Below, in pieces: positions 1-10,189 of a stretch of DNA of 64,000 nt. The position numbers were made by a program, and so were the translations under genes. This DNA comes from an uncultured Bacilli bacterium (GTDB lineage: Bacteria; Bacillota_I; Bacilli_A; RF39; UBA660), in contig CAJUIY010000001.1 of NCBI GenBank assembly GCA_910586865.1, positions 19,828 to 83,827 on the forward strand, given 5' to 3'. Numbering within the stretch: the first letter of the stretch is position 1; every line of letters starts with the position of its first letter. The notes beneath the pieces are model-generated. The model was not told where the DNA came from and did no database searches. It saw only the letters and a program-made list of their open reading frames with translations.

Positions 1-1
1 A

Positions 2-61
2 ACAACGCCTCCAACACCACCACCAACCACTCCAGACCCTGATCCTAACCAAACTCCATAA
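2..61 (+). CDS. 3' end of an upstream gene, partial at the window edge: Pro/Thr-rich C-terminal tail (TTPPTPPPTTPDPDPNQTP*)
   Basis: Frame is open from the window edge to TAA at 59-61. Low-complexity P/T tail. Identity unknown. Confidence 0.3.
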   Translation, partial: TTPPTPPPTTPDPDPNQTP

Positions 62-72
62 AATCAAAAATA

Positions 73-103
73 AAATAGGGAAAATTCTCTATTTTATTTT
101 TTT
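73..103. terminator. bidirectional rho-independent terminator between the upstream + gene and nth
   Basis: Hairpin AAATAGGGAA-AA-TTCTCTATTT with an A-run before and a T-run after on the + strand. Confidence 0.45.
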
Positions 104-723
104 CTGCAAATATCTTTTAACTTGCACTCCTCACACAATGGCTTCATCGCTTTACAATGATATCTTCCAAATAGGACCATTTGCAAGTGTCTTCTCGCCC
201 AATCTTCTTTTTTGTAAAACCTCATAAGTTTTTGCTCTACTTCACTCACTGTAGCATCCATTTTAGCTATTTTTAACCTTTTGCTTACTCTTTCCACATG
301 AGTATCTACCGCAATGGCAGGCATATCATAGTATTCGCCAAAGAAAACATTAACCGTTTTTCTCCCAACTCCCGGAAGAGATTCTAATATTTCTCTATCA
401 ACAGGAACTTTAGAGTTATAGTTTTCCACTAAAATTGTGGATATTTTATTAATATACTCACTCTTCTTACGAAAAGATCCAAGCGAACGTATTATTTTTT
501 CAATATCCTTTATATTCGCTTTAGATAACGCCTCTAAAGTCTGGTATTTTCCAAATAAAACCTTCGTACATTCATTCACTCTTTTATCTGTTGTTTGAGC
601 ACTAAGCATAATAGCAAGTAATAATTCATAATCATTCTTATAATTTAATTCACATTTCGGATCTGGAAATAATTCCTCTAAATAGTCTTCTACTAATGCT
701 TTTTTATTACTCATCTTCATCAA
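94..723 (-). CDS. nth: endonuclease III (DNA glycosylase/AP lyase, HhH-GPD fold, 4Fe-4S cluster)
   Basis: LPGVGRKTVNVF helix-hairpin-helix motif, C-terminal C-x6-C-x2-C-x5-C cluster, ~210 aa. The ORF track start is TTG; MKMSNKK is a possible alternative. Confidence 0.9.
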   Translation of the reverse strand: MMKMSNKKALVEDYLEELFPDPKCELNYKNDYELLLAIMLSAQTTDKRVNECTKVLFGKYQTLEALSKANIKDIEKIIRSLGSFRKKSEYINKISTILVENYNSKVPVDREILESLPGVGRKTVNVFFGEYYDMPAIAVDTHVERVSKRLKIAKMDATVSEVEQKLMRFYKKEDWARRHLQMVLFGRYHCKAMKPLCEECKLKDICRKK

Positions 724-1393
724 ACCAATCCCAATCCATAATATCTAAATCAATTTCTTTCTTACTATCTTCCTCACTTTTTATTCTTCTTTTCTTATTA
801 TTTTTTAAAACATCCTCTTTTGTTTTAATTCCTGCTTTTTCCCATTCATATAATATCTTATCAATATATCTTAAATTAGATACCCCATTAAAGGTAGCTT
901 CTTTTAAAGCCTCTTTGATTAATTCCTCACTCATATTATTATCTAACCAAGCTTTTATAATCTCAAATTCAATGGGACTTAAAGTTCTTCCAAATTCCTT
1001 TTCAATCACTTCGAAAATATTTGATTTTGAATTATCTTTTTCCTCACTCATATTTTCCATAACAATTAAGGATAATTTATTGAAAAAACTCTCTAAATTG
1101 ATAACTTCTTCCATCACTTTTTTTTCGGTTTTTCTTACATCTACACTTAATAAATCCTTATCATTTAAAACAGATACTTTTTCCATTATAATACCTAAAT
1201 CCATATTCAAATCAAAAGCAAATTTAGAAGGATCAAATATCACTTTATTTCCTTGACTATATAAATACATAAGAAAGATGAAATCATCAAGTTCAATATT
1301 TAATTTTTTGTAGTATTTCATAATATATAGTGGAATTACAATATTGCCAGCACTATACATTTCAACAAGTTTAGAACTCTTCAAAATAATCAT
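707..1393 (-). CDS. dnaD: DnaD-domain replication initiation / membrane attachment protein
   Basis: C-terminal YIDKILYEW (YxxxIxxxW) motif. Size and the position next to nth match Bacillus dnaD. Confidence 0.7.
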   Translation of the reverse strand: MIILKSSKLVEMYSAGNIVIPLYIMKYYKKLNIELDDFIFLMYLYSQGNKVIFDPSKFAFDLNMDLGIIMEKVSVLNDKDLLSVDVRKTEKKVMEEVINLESFFNKLSLIVMENMSEEKDNSKSNIFEVIEKEFGRTLSPIEFEIIKAWLDNNMSEELIKEALKEATFNGVSNLRYIDKILYEWEKAGIKTKEDVLKNNKKRRIKSEEDSKKEIDLDIMDWDWFDEDE

Positions 1394-1458
1394 CTCCTTT
1401 TTTCCATATTATAAATCAAACTCTAATAAAAAACAAGAAAAGAGGATTTAATGCTTTT

Positions 1459-2550
1459 TTATTGATACCTTTTCCTTATATATTCTAATATTGTTTTTTC
1501 TTCATTAACAAGTCTATGATATAGAATTTTACTTTCTAAATCACAATATATTTCTTTTAAATACTCTCCTGGTCCTCTTTTTAGTAACTCCATAATTTGA
1601 TTACTAGTAATAGCAATATCACTCTTTGAATGAATTGGCAAACCATTATAAGCCTTGGTAATTTCTTTTCTTTCTATATTCTTCATCGTTCCAGCAATCG
1701 AATTAACATATAGACCATATTGATAAAGTGTCATGGGATCTAAATTATCCTCATTCATTACTTTATTTATATTATTAATTAAAGTCTTTTCGCTACTTGT
1801 AAAAGGATAAATATCTATCACATTCAACATACTCCATACGCTAATTAAAGAATCTGTATTTTTAATTTCTCTTAATCGTTCTAACTCTAGCTCTTTATCT
1901 AAACCAAATTCTAATAATAACGAGATACCTCTATTCACATTTTTACTAGCAAATATTTTATCTAATTCTTCTTTTTTTCTATTATAAGATAAATCTTTTA
2001 ATAAATGCTTTGTTAGTAAAATTGCTTCTTTTATCTCATCGCTTAATGAAAAATTAAGGCTAGTTGCAAATCGAATAGCACGAAGAATTCTTAAGGAGTC
2101 CTCTTCTAATTTTTCTTTTGCATTACCAATTGTTCGTATTACTCTTTCATGTAAATCATCTTGACCTTTCAAAAAGTCTAAAATCTCTTTATTTTCATCC
2201 ATACAAATGGAATTTACAGTGAAATCTCTTCTTTTTAAATCTTCTACTAAATCATCAATATATTCAATTTCTACTGGTTTTCTATTATTAATGTATTTTA
2301 TTTCTTTTCGAAAAGTAGTAATCTCATAACGAACTTTTTTTCGAACGATAGTAATAGAACCATAATCCGTTGTGGGTAATAAAGCATCCTTAAATATCTC
2401 TTGTAATTGTTTTGGAGTAGCATTTGTTGTAATATCAATATCATTAGATTCTATTTTTAGTAAATAATCTCTAACAAATCCTCCTACAATATAAGCTTTA
2501 TAACCCTTTTCTGTAATTTCAGTTAATACTTTACAAGCTTCTTCTACCAT
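1459..2550 (-). CDS. cca: CCA-adding tRNA nucleotidyltransferase (poly(A) polymerase family, HD domain)
   Basis: N-terminal GGFVRDYLL...DIDI nucleotidyltransferase signature, ~360 aa. Confidence 0.85.
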   Translation of the reverse strand: MVEEACKVLTEITEKGYKAYIVGGFVRDYLLKIESNDIDITTNATPKQLQEIFKDALLPTTDYGSITIVRKKVRYEITTFRKEIKYINNRKPVEIEYIDDLVEDLKRRDFTVNSICMDENKEILDFLKGQDDLHERVIRTIGNAKEKLEEDSLRILRAIRFATSLNFSLSDEIKEAILLTKHLLKDLSYNRKKEELDKIFASKNVNRGISLLLEFGLDKELELERLREIKNTDSLISVWSMLNVIDIYPFTSSEKTLINNINKVMNEDNLDPMTLYQYGLYVNSIAGTMKNIERKEITKAYNGLPIHSKSDIAITSNQIMELLKRGPGEYLKEIYCDLESKILYHRLVNEEKTILEYIRKRYQ

Positions 2551-2597
2551 TATACCACCTACTGTTATTATACCATTTCTAGGATAAAAAGTCTTTT

Positions 2598-3320
2598 TTA
2601 TATCTTAAGTTTTACAACAATTGGCAAATGATCACTTGCCTTAGTACCAACTTCTGCCACTATCTTTTCTTTGATAATCCAATTTTTAGGAACAAAAATA
2701 TGATCAATAGGATATTTTCTATTTTTAAGAGTAGGTTTATCCACTCTTACAAAACTTATATTTATTTTTTCCATCTCTTCTATAAAATGATTAAAATAAT
2801 CCTTTTTGATAGAACAATTAAAATCTCCCATTAATACACATTCACATCTATTTTTTTTTATCATAGATAAAATTACTTTTAATTGCTTTTTTCTTATATA
2901 GTCTGATTTTTGGTCAAGATGAGTATTATAAACATTGATTCTTCTGTTATGTATCATAAAACTTGTATAGGTAATAATACGAGGAATATGAGGAAAAAAA
3001 GGAAGTCTCTTTGTCTTAGAATCTAATAGATGGCATCTAGTAATAATAGAATTTGATTCATTATATCGTCTAATAATTGATATCTTATTACCAAAATTTG
3101 TATAGCGATACTTTCCTGTTATAAAATAATCTTTCGGTAAAATCATACATAAATTTTCTTTATAAGTTTTTGTTAATTCCTGTACACCTAAAATATCAAT
3201 ATGATAACGATTAATGAAATCTACCAAACTTTTTACATGATTACCAAATTGATCTACTCCAGTATAATTTTTTAATTTATATTTATTTTGTATATTAAAA
3301 GTTGCGATAACAAGTTCCAT
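2598..3320 (-). CDS. endonuclease/exonuclease/phosphatase (EEP) family protein
   Basis: N-terminal TFNIQ, GVQELT, C-terminal SDHLPIVV motifs typical of the EEP fold. Confidence 0.65.
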   Translation of the reverse strand: MELVIATFNIQNKYKLKNYTGVDQFGNHVKSLVDFINRYHIDILGVQELTKTYKENLCMILPKDYFITGKYRYTNFGNKISIIRRYNESNSIITRCHLLDSKTKRLPFFPHIPRIITYTSFMIHNRRINVYNTHLDQKSDYIRKKQLKVILSMIKKNRCECVLMGDFNCSIKKDYFNHFIEEMEKINISFVRVDKPTLKNRKYPIDHIFVPKNWIIKEKIVAEVGTKASDHLPIVVKLKI

Positions 3321-3330
3321 AAATCCTCCA

Positions 3331-3350
3331 AAAAAAACGCCTTCTGGCGT
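3331..3350 (-). terminator. rho-independent terminator downstream of hbs
   Basis: Minus-strand RNA: GACGCC-AGAA-GGCGUU followed by U8. Confidence 0.55.
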
Positions 3351-3363
3351 CTTATACTATAAA

Positions 3364-3636
3364 TTAATTTACAGCGTCTTTTAATGCAGATCCTGCTTTA
3401 AATGTAACTGCATTTCTAGCAGCAATCGTAACAGTTTCTCCCGTTCTTGGATTACGTCCTTCACGTGCTTCTCTTTTTGATACTGCAAAAGTTCCGAATC
3501 CAACTAGTGGAATTTTATCTCCATTTGCTAATGCCTTTGTAATTGTATTTAGCATTGCATCAATAGCTTTTGTTGCATCTGCTTTTGTTAATCCTGCTTC
3601 TTCTGCAACAGCTTCAACTAATTCTGCTTTTTTCAT
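3364..3636 (-). CDS. hup: DNA-binding protein HU
   Basis: MKKAELVEAVAE...GFGTF...RNPRTGE signature, 90 aa. Start chosen at the internal Met with a GGGAGG ribosome-binding site rather than the ORF-track start at 3663. Coding GC is visibly higher, consistent with a highly expressed gene. Confidence 0.9.
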   Translation of the reverse strand: MKKAELVEAVAEEAGLTKADATKAIDAMLNTITKALANGDKIPLVGFGTFAVSKREAREGRNPRTGETVTIAARNAVTFKAGSALKDAVN

Positions 3637-3805
3637 AATTCTATAATACCTCCCTTGTTTCATTAAGCATGTTATGCTTACATATCAAACTTATCATGAA
3701 ATGAAAGAAATTGCAATAAAAATGAGTAAAAAACATAAATTTTCCAAAATATTTGATACCTACTCCTCTACCAAAAGAGAGTATTTTTAAAAGAACTAGA
3801 ACTCC

Positions 3806-4144
3806 CTATTTTTTCTCTAACTTTTGGTTCATACCTCTTAAAAGAGAAATTATTTCACCCATGCCATAAAAAAATACGGTTACCATAAGACCTATAAACC
3901 AGATACCAATAGTAAGGGAGAAATTAAATTCTGTCATGGAACATTGATCATAATAAAGAGAAGAATAATTTCCACAAGATGGAAATAAATTACCAAATAA
4001 GAATCCAATACCAACAAAAATCCCCATGATAACATAACTAAATATCTGATAATTATTTACTTTATTTGAAGTTACATTTTTAGCTACTTTTTTTAATCTT
4101 GGAAAATCCTTTGCGACTTTATCAATTTCATCAAACATATCCAT
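3806..4144 (-). CDS. small membrane protein, hypothetical
   Basis: Two hydrophobic segments. Translationally coupled to the upstream ORF. Confidence 0.4.
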   Translation of the reverse strand: MDMFDEIDKVAKDFPRLKKVAKNVTSNKVNNYQIFSYVIMGIFVGIGFLFGNLFPSCGNYSSLYYDQCSMTEFNFSLTIGIWFIGLMVTVFFYGMGEIISLLRGMNQKLEKK

Positions 4145-4779
4145 TATTTCTTCACCTTCTTTTCTTTATTACTAATAGAATCTAGATGTACTTGGTATAA
4201 ATAGAGATATCTTGATATAGCAAAATAATAAGCTGTTCCTATTAAGGATAAAACAACGCCATCAAAACTTACTACATTAATCAAATTGACAATTAATAAT
4301 ATACTTGCAAGTATGATAATGGCATAAAAATAATTATCGTTACTTATCTCATTAAATGGAGAAGATTCTAATTTTAAATCCTTCCAAATTCTTGTATTCT
4401 TAAGTAATACGTGAATAATATAAATAAGTATTATAATATTTAAAAATAAATTTATCAACGATGTAATACCAAATGATCTTATAATTGTTAAGATTGAAGT
4501 AAGAGAAAAGATAAAATAAACTACTACTAGAAATAGATTTAAATAATGAAAATATTTCTTTAAAGAATTCATTTTAAGGGGGACGAAATAAATTAACCAT
4601 ATCAAATAAATACTATTATGATTTAATAAATTTCTAAGAATATTAGCTGTTGATAAATTATTCTTTACTGCAAATGATTCTGATAATAGTAACATTAATA
4701 CAATGAAACTAATAGCAATATTAGTTATTATTCTTGGATTATCATACCATTCCTTTTCTTCTTTTTCCATTTCTTTCAT
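4144..4779 (-). CDS. polytopic membrane protein, hypothetical
   Basis: Several hydrophobic helices. No recognisable motif. Confidence 0.4.
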   Translation of the reverse strand: MKEMEKEEKEWYDNPRIITNIAISFIVLMLLLSESFAVKNNLSTANILRNLLNHNSIYLIWLIYFVPLKMNSLKKYFHYLNLFLVVVYFIFSLTSILTIIRSFGITSLINLFLNIIILIYIIHVLLKNTRIWKDLKLESSPFNEISNDNYFYAIIILASILLIVNLINVVSFDGVVLSLIGTAYYFAISRYLYLYQVHLDSISNKEKKVKK

Positions 4780-4926
4780 GTAACCACCTTCTATATTATC
4801 ATTATATCATTAATAAAGAGAATAAAGTAAGAAAAATACGATTTTCCTATTACAACAGAAAAAATAAGTAAAGTTTTGTTAAATTTTCTACCTAAAAAAA
4901 AGAAAAAAGCAGTAAATCAATCACAA

Positions 4927-5763
4927 TTAATTTTTTCCTCTTTTTTTCTTTACAGGAACTACGTTTTCAGTATTTATTTCCATTTCTTTCATCAAGTAAG
5001 TATTTAGGTAATAATGCATATCAAAATAGCCAAATGGTATACCAGCCATAATGATATCTTTGGTAATAGCAACCTTTTTTCTTGAATCACCATACCACCT
5101 AATAGGACATCTCTCAAACCAAGCTGTCTCTCCTACTTGATAACTATTTCCATCCGATAATTGGATTTCCTTTTTTCCAAAACGAGGTTTTATTACCGTC
5201 TCTGTATAACGGCTTCCACCTTCTAATTCTATTTCCATTAATTCTTGTGGTCTAAATTCTTTTTTATAATCATTATAATTCCTAGAATCTATCGTATATT
5301 TTTTCACAATCATAGCTTCTTTTAATTCTTTTTTTAACTCCTCTAATTCCTCTTTTTTCGTTTTTGTAGCAACTTTATTTGGGTAATAACCAGCTTCTAG
5401 TTCCATGACATTATTATTTATTTTAACCATATCGGTAGCATTTTGAGCTACGATAGAATATGGTAAAACTACACGAATTCCAACATCTCTAGTAACTCCT
5501 GAGAGATAATTTAATGAACCATTATAATAAACAACCTTTCTTTTATCTTGCTTAAGCCTTGTTTCTGTCCAATAGTATCCTGTTCTATTTGCTAATGAAT
5601 TCTGATCTTCATTAATATAATCCGCATCACTTACATAGCCGCCTAAAGCAATCGCATAATCTGTTATTGCTGCTTTTATGCCAAATTCATGAAAGAAACT
5701 TAAAGATTGCCTACCAATAATTTGTTCTTTTGTTAATAAGGTCAAACTCATAAATATCACCAA
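4927..5763 (-). CDS. hypothetical protein (278 aa)
   Basis: Long ORF with coding-like composition. Family not recognised. Confidence 0.4.
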   Translation of the reverse strand: MVIFMSLTLLTKEQIIGRQSLSFFHEFGIKAAITDYAIALGGYVSDADYINEDQNSLANRTGYYWTETRLKQDKRKVVYYNGSLNYLSGVTRDVGIRVVLPYSIVAQNATDMVKINNNVMELEAGYYPNKVATKTKKEELEELKKELKEAMIVKKYTIDSRNYNDYKKEFRPQELMEIELEGGSRYTETVIKPRFGKKEIQLSDGNSYQVGETAWFERCPIRWYGDSRKKVAITKDIIMAGIPFGYFDMHYYLNTYLMKEMEINTENVVPVKKKRGKN

Positions 5764-5822
5764 ACATTATTATACACAATGTTTTTATTTTAGAAAATAT
5801 AAAAAAGAGAAGTTAATTCCCT

Positions 5823-6281
5823 TTATTGAAAACTTATATTTTTTAAATCCTTCATTACAGATTCAAATGGTTTCGTAATATCAGTAGGTAACTTATCTAA
5901 GTCGAAGAAACGAAGTTCTAAACTTTCTGAATCCCCTCTTAAGGATCCTGAATAAGTATTTGTTATAAAAAGAATATTAACAAAATACATTTCATCTTGA
6001 TTTGGATAAATATGATGTTGTTCTTCACCAGAATAGATCTTAAAAATTTTTAAATCTTTTTCTAAAATAGTCAGACCCGTTTCTTCTTTCACTTCTCTTA
6101 TCACGGTCTCATAAATTGTTTCTCCTAAATCCATAGCTCCTCCTGGATTACCCCATAACCCATCGTCACTTCTTTTTTGTAATAACACTTGTCCTTTTTC
6201 ATTAAAAATAAGACAGCCACAACCACACATTAGAATTGGATCATGTCCGATAAATTTTCTAAGTTTCTTTACATATTCCAT
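5823..6281 (-). CDS. NUDIX hydrolase
   Basis: Nudix box [24 protein letters not shown]. Start set at MEYVKK, preceded by AAAGGAGAG. Confidence 0.8.
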   Translation of the reverse strand: MEYVKKLRKFIGHDPILMCGCGCLIFNEKGQVLLQKRSDDGLWGNPGGAMDLGETIYETVIREVKEETGLTILEKDLKIFKIYSGEEQHHIYPNQDEMYFVNILFITNTYSGSLRGDSESLELRFFDLDKLPTDITKPFESVMKDLKNISFQ

Positions 6282-6330
6282 CGTATCTCTCCTTTTTAAA
6301 AGGATAACAAAAAAAAGAGAATAAGTAAAA

Positions 6331-6951
6331 TTATTTTCTACCAATTCCCTTTAATAATTGTTTTGGAACACCTACTTTATCCGTTTGAATCTTGTCTATT
6401 AATTCACTAGACAGTTTTTCTTCAAACGCCTCTATTTGTTCATTTAGAACATAAACTATTCCACTAATAGCATGTGATTTTTCTTCTGTCTTCGTAATAT
6501 CTTTTGCAGAAGTATAAGCCTCAAGTGCCATTTCACAACAGAATAAGCCTCCTGTTAAATCAGGATAATATTGTAATTTTTCAGAAACACTAATAGCATT
6601 ATGTGCTTCTTTAATAAATGTTAGATTCTCTTGCATAGCGTTATATCTTCTTTCTGCATCCAAATCTAAGTTAGCACCTAATACTCTAATACCAGTTTCT
6701 AGCGTTTCTATTGCACTAAGATAATTAAATTTTTGTGAAACTTCCCTATATTGATTATCCATATCTCTATATTTCTTTGTATATTCGTCTAGAATTTCTA
6801 GTTGTTCTTTTCTCTTTTTTCTAGTATATAGAAATAAATTGACTGAGGCTTCTTCTTTATCCACATAACTAGAAGCAGTAAGATATTGAAATAATGTAGA
6901 TAAGATTTGTTGCCAATCTGTATATTCTTCAAGAATAAAATCATAATTCAT
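6331..6951 (-). CDS. hypothetical protein (206 aa)
   Basis: ORF only. Confidence 0.35.
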   Translation of the reverse strand: MNYDFILEEYTDWQQILSTLFQYLTASSYVDKEEASVNLFLYTRKKRKEQLEILDEYTKKYRDMDNQYREVSQKFNYLSAIETLETGIRVLGANLDLDAERRYNAMQENLTFIKEAHNAISVSEKLQYYPDLTGGLFCCEMALEAYTSAKDITKTEEKSHAISGIVYVLNEQIEAFEEKLSSELIDKIQTDKVGVPKQLLKGIGRK

Positions 6952-7033
6952 CTTACCAGGATATTTCTGTTTTAATATTTCTATTGCTCTTACTTTTTTA
7001 TTAATATCTTCTAATAAGTATGCTCCTGCAAAA

Positions 7034-7906
7034 TCATCTATGGTCTTCTCTATAATTACTCATACCATGAATAAACTCACTAATTTCTTCATCTGTCATT
7101 TCTTTTCCCAAAAATATTTTATCTATTATTTCATTTTGCTTTCGTTTGCTAACTTTTTTTTCTTCTTCTTCGGCAGCTTTTACTCTTTTTCCACGCTTAG
7201 ATTCTTTAACAACTCTAAGTTGTATACCCATAATATCACTATATAAAATGTTATTACATATAATTTCGATTTTTTTCTCTAAGGATAATTGCTCAAATCT
7301 CTTATCAGTTATTTTCAACTTTTTTGATTTTAAATACTCTACTGCTACTTCGAGATACTCCCCATCATTAAAATCAAAATATTCTTTTTCTTTTAGTTCC
7401 CTTAAAGAAGGCTCTTCATATTCATAATCTGTCTCCTCTAAAGATACGCCACATTGCTCTGCTATTTTTCTTATTTGTATTGGAATGGAACTAATTTCTT
7501 CTATCTGTTTTTGTGATAAGAAAGAGTTCCAATTCATATTTTTTACTCTTTCTGCAATATCTTTCATTTGAAATACAGAAGATAAATCCATACTATTTGA
7601 ATCTTGTGTCGCTTGTGCTAATAATTTAAATGTGCAATCTTTCAACATAGACATAGTATTCTCTTGAAAATAATGCATCTGTTTTTTGATACGAATTACA
7701 TCGTCCATTATCTGGTCATAAGAAAACTCCTTTGTATAAAATTCCCAACTATTATTTGTATATTCTACTACTACCATTTTCCTCTTTTTTTTATCTACGA
7801 TGCTGACCTCTTTTATTCGCTCCCCATCTTTCAAATTACCATATACAGAGAAATATTGATATAATATTTTTTCTTGTTTTTCATAAAAGTCCGCATCTTC
7901 TAACAT
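7034..7906 (-). CDS. hypothetical protein (290 aa), acidic/charged C-terminus
   Basis: ORF only. Confidence 0.35.
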   Translation of the reverse strand: MLEDADFYEKQEKILYQYFSVYGNLKDGERIKEVSIVDKKKRKMVVVEYTNNSWEFYTKEFSYDQIMDDVIRIKKQMHYFQENTMSMLKDCTFKLLAQATQDSNSMDLSSVFQMKDIAERVKNMNWNSFLSQKQIEEISSIPIQIRKIAEQCGVSLEETDYEYEEPSLRELKEKEYFDFNDGEYLEVAVEYLKSKKLKITDKRFEQLSLEKKIEIICNNILYSDIMGIQLRVVKESKRGKRVKAAEEEEKKVSKRKQNEIIDKIFLGKEMTDEEISEFIHGMSNYREDHR

Positions 7907-8082
7907 CTTCCTAGCATAAAGGGTTGTTGCTATTTTCTCTGCAACCTCTCTATTACTGGATCTTTTTCCATAACTATCTCCTCCTTTTTTGTTCTATATG
8001 ATACAATATTTTAATAATAAATACAACTCATTTCTTTTTTTCTTAATTTATGATATACTACACATAGTTTGGAGGGGATACT

Positions 8083-9393
8083 ATGGCAGTTCCTACTATC
8101 GCTATTGTTGGAAGACCAAATGTAGGTAAAAGTACTCTATTTAATAAAATCGTAGGCAAGAAAATAGCAATCATCGAAGATATACCAGGAGTTACTCGGG
8201 ATCGCTTGTACCAAGAAGTAACTTATCATAATAAAAAGTTCTTCTTAATTGATACTGGCGGGATTGATGTGTCTGATGAAAAATTCAATGAAGAAATTAA
8301 AGTACAGGCAGAGATAGCCATTAATGAAGCAGATATTGTGTTATTTCTTGTAGATGGAAAAGAAGGAATTACACATAATGATATAGTAATTCGAGATATT
8401 TTAAGAAAGAGTAAAAAAATGGTTATTGTCGCTATTAATAAAATCGATACCAAAGAAGCACAAAACAATTTATACGATTTCTATGAATTAGGATTTGATT
8501 CTTATATTCCAATTAGTAGTATTCATAATACAGGATATATTGAATTAATGGATATGCTTACGATGGAGTTTAGAGAAAATGATATGGAAGAAGAAGATAC
8601 TCGTATCAAATTTTCTATAATAGGACGTCCTAATGTCGGAAAAAGTTCTTTAATGAATGCCTTATTAAACGAAGAAAGAGTTGTTGTTTCTGATATTGCT
8701 GGTACAACAAGAGATGCGATTGACACGGTATTAAAATATCATGGAGAAGAATACGTTATGATTGATACTGCTGGTATGAGAAAAAAAGGAAGAGTGTTTG
8801 AGACTATTGAAAAATACAGCCTGCTTCGTTCTATGCGTGCGATAGATCGGAGTGATATTTGTCTTGTTATCATTAATGCAGAAGAAGGAATTACCGAACA
8901 CGATAAACATATCGCAGGATATGCGATTGAAAAAGGAAAAGGACTTATTTTGGTTGTCAATAAATGGGATACCGTAAAAGATACCACAATCAATGATTAT
9001 AAAAAATTAGTTCGAGCAGAATTTCAATTTGCACCATATGCACCTATCGTCTTCTTATCTGCACTTACTAAAAAAAGAATCCATACCCTAATGCCAGAAG
9101 TCATCAAAGTAAGCGAGAACATAAAGAAAGAAATAAAAACTAGTCTTTTAAATGATGTGATACTTGATGCTTATCAATTAAATAAACCTCCATCTTATAA
9201 AGGAAACCGATTAAAGATTTATTTTTCTAGTCAAACTGGAATCAAACCTCCAAAATTTACATTAAGAGTGAATAATAAGGGGCTTGTTCATTTCTCTTAT
9301 GAAAGATACCTAGAAAATAAATTAAGAGAAAATTTTGATTTGGAAGGAACTCCTATTATTTTACAATTTAAAAATAGGAACGGTGATGAATAA
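8083..9393 (+). CDS. der: ribosome-associated GTPase Der/EngA (two tandem GTPase domains plus KH-like domain)
   Basis: Two G1 motifs GRPNVGKS, DTGG/DTAG, NKxD. Confidence 0.95.
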   Translation: MAVPTIAIVGRPNVGKSTLFNKIVGKKIAIIEDIPGVTRDRLYQEVTYHNKKFFLIDTGGIDVSDEKFNEEIKVQAEIAINEADIVLFLVDGKEGITHNDIVIRDILRKSKKMVIVAINKIDTKEAQNNLYDFYELGFDSYIPISSIHNTGYIELMDMLTMEFRENDMEEEDTRIKFSIIGRPNVGKSSLMNALLNEERVVVSDIAGTTRDAIDTVLKYHGEEYVMIDTAGMRKKGRVFETIEKYSLLRSMRAIDRSDICLVIINAEEGITEHDKHIAGYAIEKGKGLILVVNKWDTVKDTTINDYKKLVRAEFQFAPYAPIVFLSALTKKRIHTLMPEVIKVSENIKKEIKTSLLNDVILDAYQLNKPPSYKGNRLKIYFSSQTGIKPPKFTLRVNNKGLVHFSYERYLENKLRENFDLEGTPIILQFKNRNGDE

Positions 9394-9581
9394 TGTTTTT
9401 TCAAGCAAAAAATCCAAAAACAGAAATGGATAGTCTAAATCGAGCATTGGAAATACTCCAAGATAGATATTCTAAAAAAGTAATTTCTATTGAAGAATTT
9501 TCAAAAAAATGCGAAGAAATTGTGAAAAAGAAAGAGAAGTATCAAAAAAAATTAGAGAAAAAGGAAAAGAGCAATTATTAA
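9393..9581 (+). CDS. small SHOCT-like protein
   Basis: ISIEEFSKKCEEIV resembles the SHOCT short C-terminal domain. Start overlaps the der stop (ATGA/TAATG). Confidence 0.3.
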   Translation: MFFQAKNPKTEMDSLNRALEILQDRYSKKVISIEEFSKKCEEIVKKKEKYQKKLEKKEKSNY

Positions 9582-9640
9582 AGCTCTTTTTGTTTGAACG
9601 TTTTATAAGAAGGAACATATAATAAGATAGGAGGAGAACT

Positions 9641-9880
9641 ATGTTTGGAGATAATTTTTTTAAAAAAGTAGAGAAAAAGACAAATGTCAATAAAGATACC
9701 ATAATGTCTTTAGCAAAAAAACTTCAAAATTCCAATATGAAGGATGAAAAAGTGTTAAGGGATATGGTACAAGAAATATCAGCAATTACAGGAAAAGAAG
9801 TATCCAAAGAAAAAGAGGATAAAATTGTAAATGCAATCGTACAAGATAATGTACCAAAAGATATTGATAAAATGTTTTAG
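9641..9880 (+). CDS. stage VI sporulation protein F-like (SpoVIF/YjcC family)
   Basis: MFGDNFFKKVEKKTNVN...LAKKLQNSNMKDEKVLRDMV...KEDKIV...KMF matches the SpoVIF pattern as I recall it. Confidence 0.5.
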   Translation: MFGDNFFKKVEKKTNVNKDTIMSLAKKLQNSNMKDEKVLRDMVQEISAITGKEVSKEKEDKIVNAIVQDNVPKDIDKMF

Positions 9881-9901
9881 AACTATTAAGTTCTTTTTTT
9901 A
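9879..9901 (+). terminator. rho-independent terminator
   Basis: AGAACT-ATTA-AGTTCT then T7. Confidence 0.5.
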
Positions 9902-10189
9902 TACACAAAAGTAGCTAAGAATAAGAAGATAAATTAGAAAAACTAAATAATGGTAGTTATTTTAAAACATTATACGATAATTAGATTACTCAAAAAAGTT
10001 ACAAAGAGAAAAAAAGAAGATGCCTTAGCATCTCTATAAAAAAAGGAGAGTAATACTCAAATTATTTCAAAATATACTAATTTGCCAGGAAAAGAAATAG
10101 AAAATCTTAGAAATATAAAACACAACTAGGAAGTGAATGGAATTATCTTCTTTTTATATAACTGGTAGCCACTTCAATAGAAATTTTCC

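Noticed and set aside
696-1256. Many 60-120-aa ORFs on the strand opposite to long well-supported genes (e.g. 696..1256+, 8226..8993-, 7040..7864+, 13139..13381-, 25078..25404+, 56713..57271+, 59277..59547, 60440..60715+).
   Set aside because: They are low-complexity, Ser/Leu/Phe/Ile-rich translations of the antisense of AT-rich coding DNA. They fully overlap confident genes and have no ribosome-binding site.
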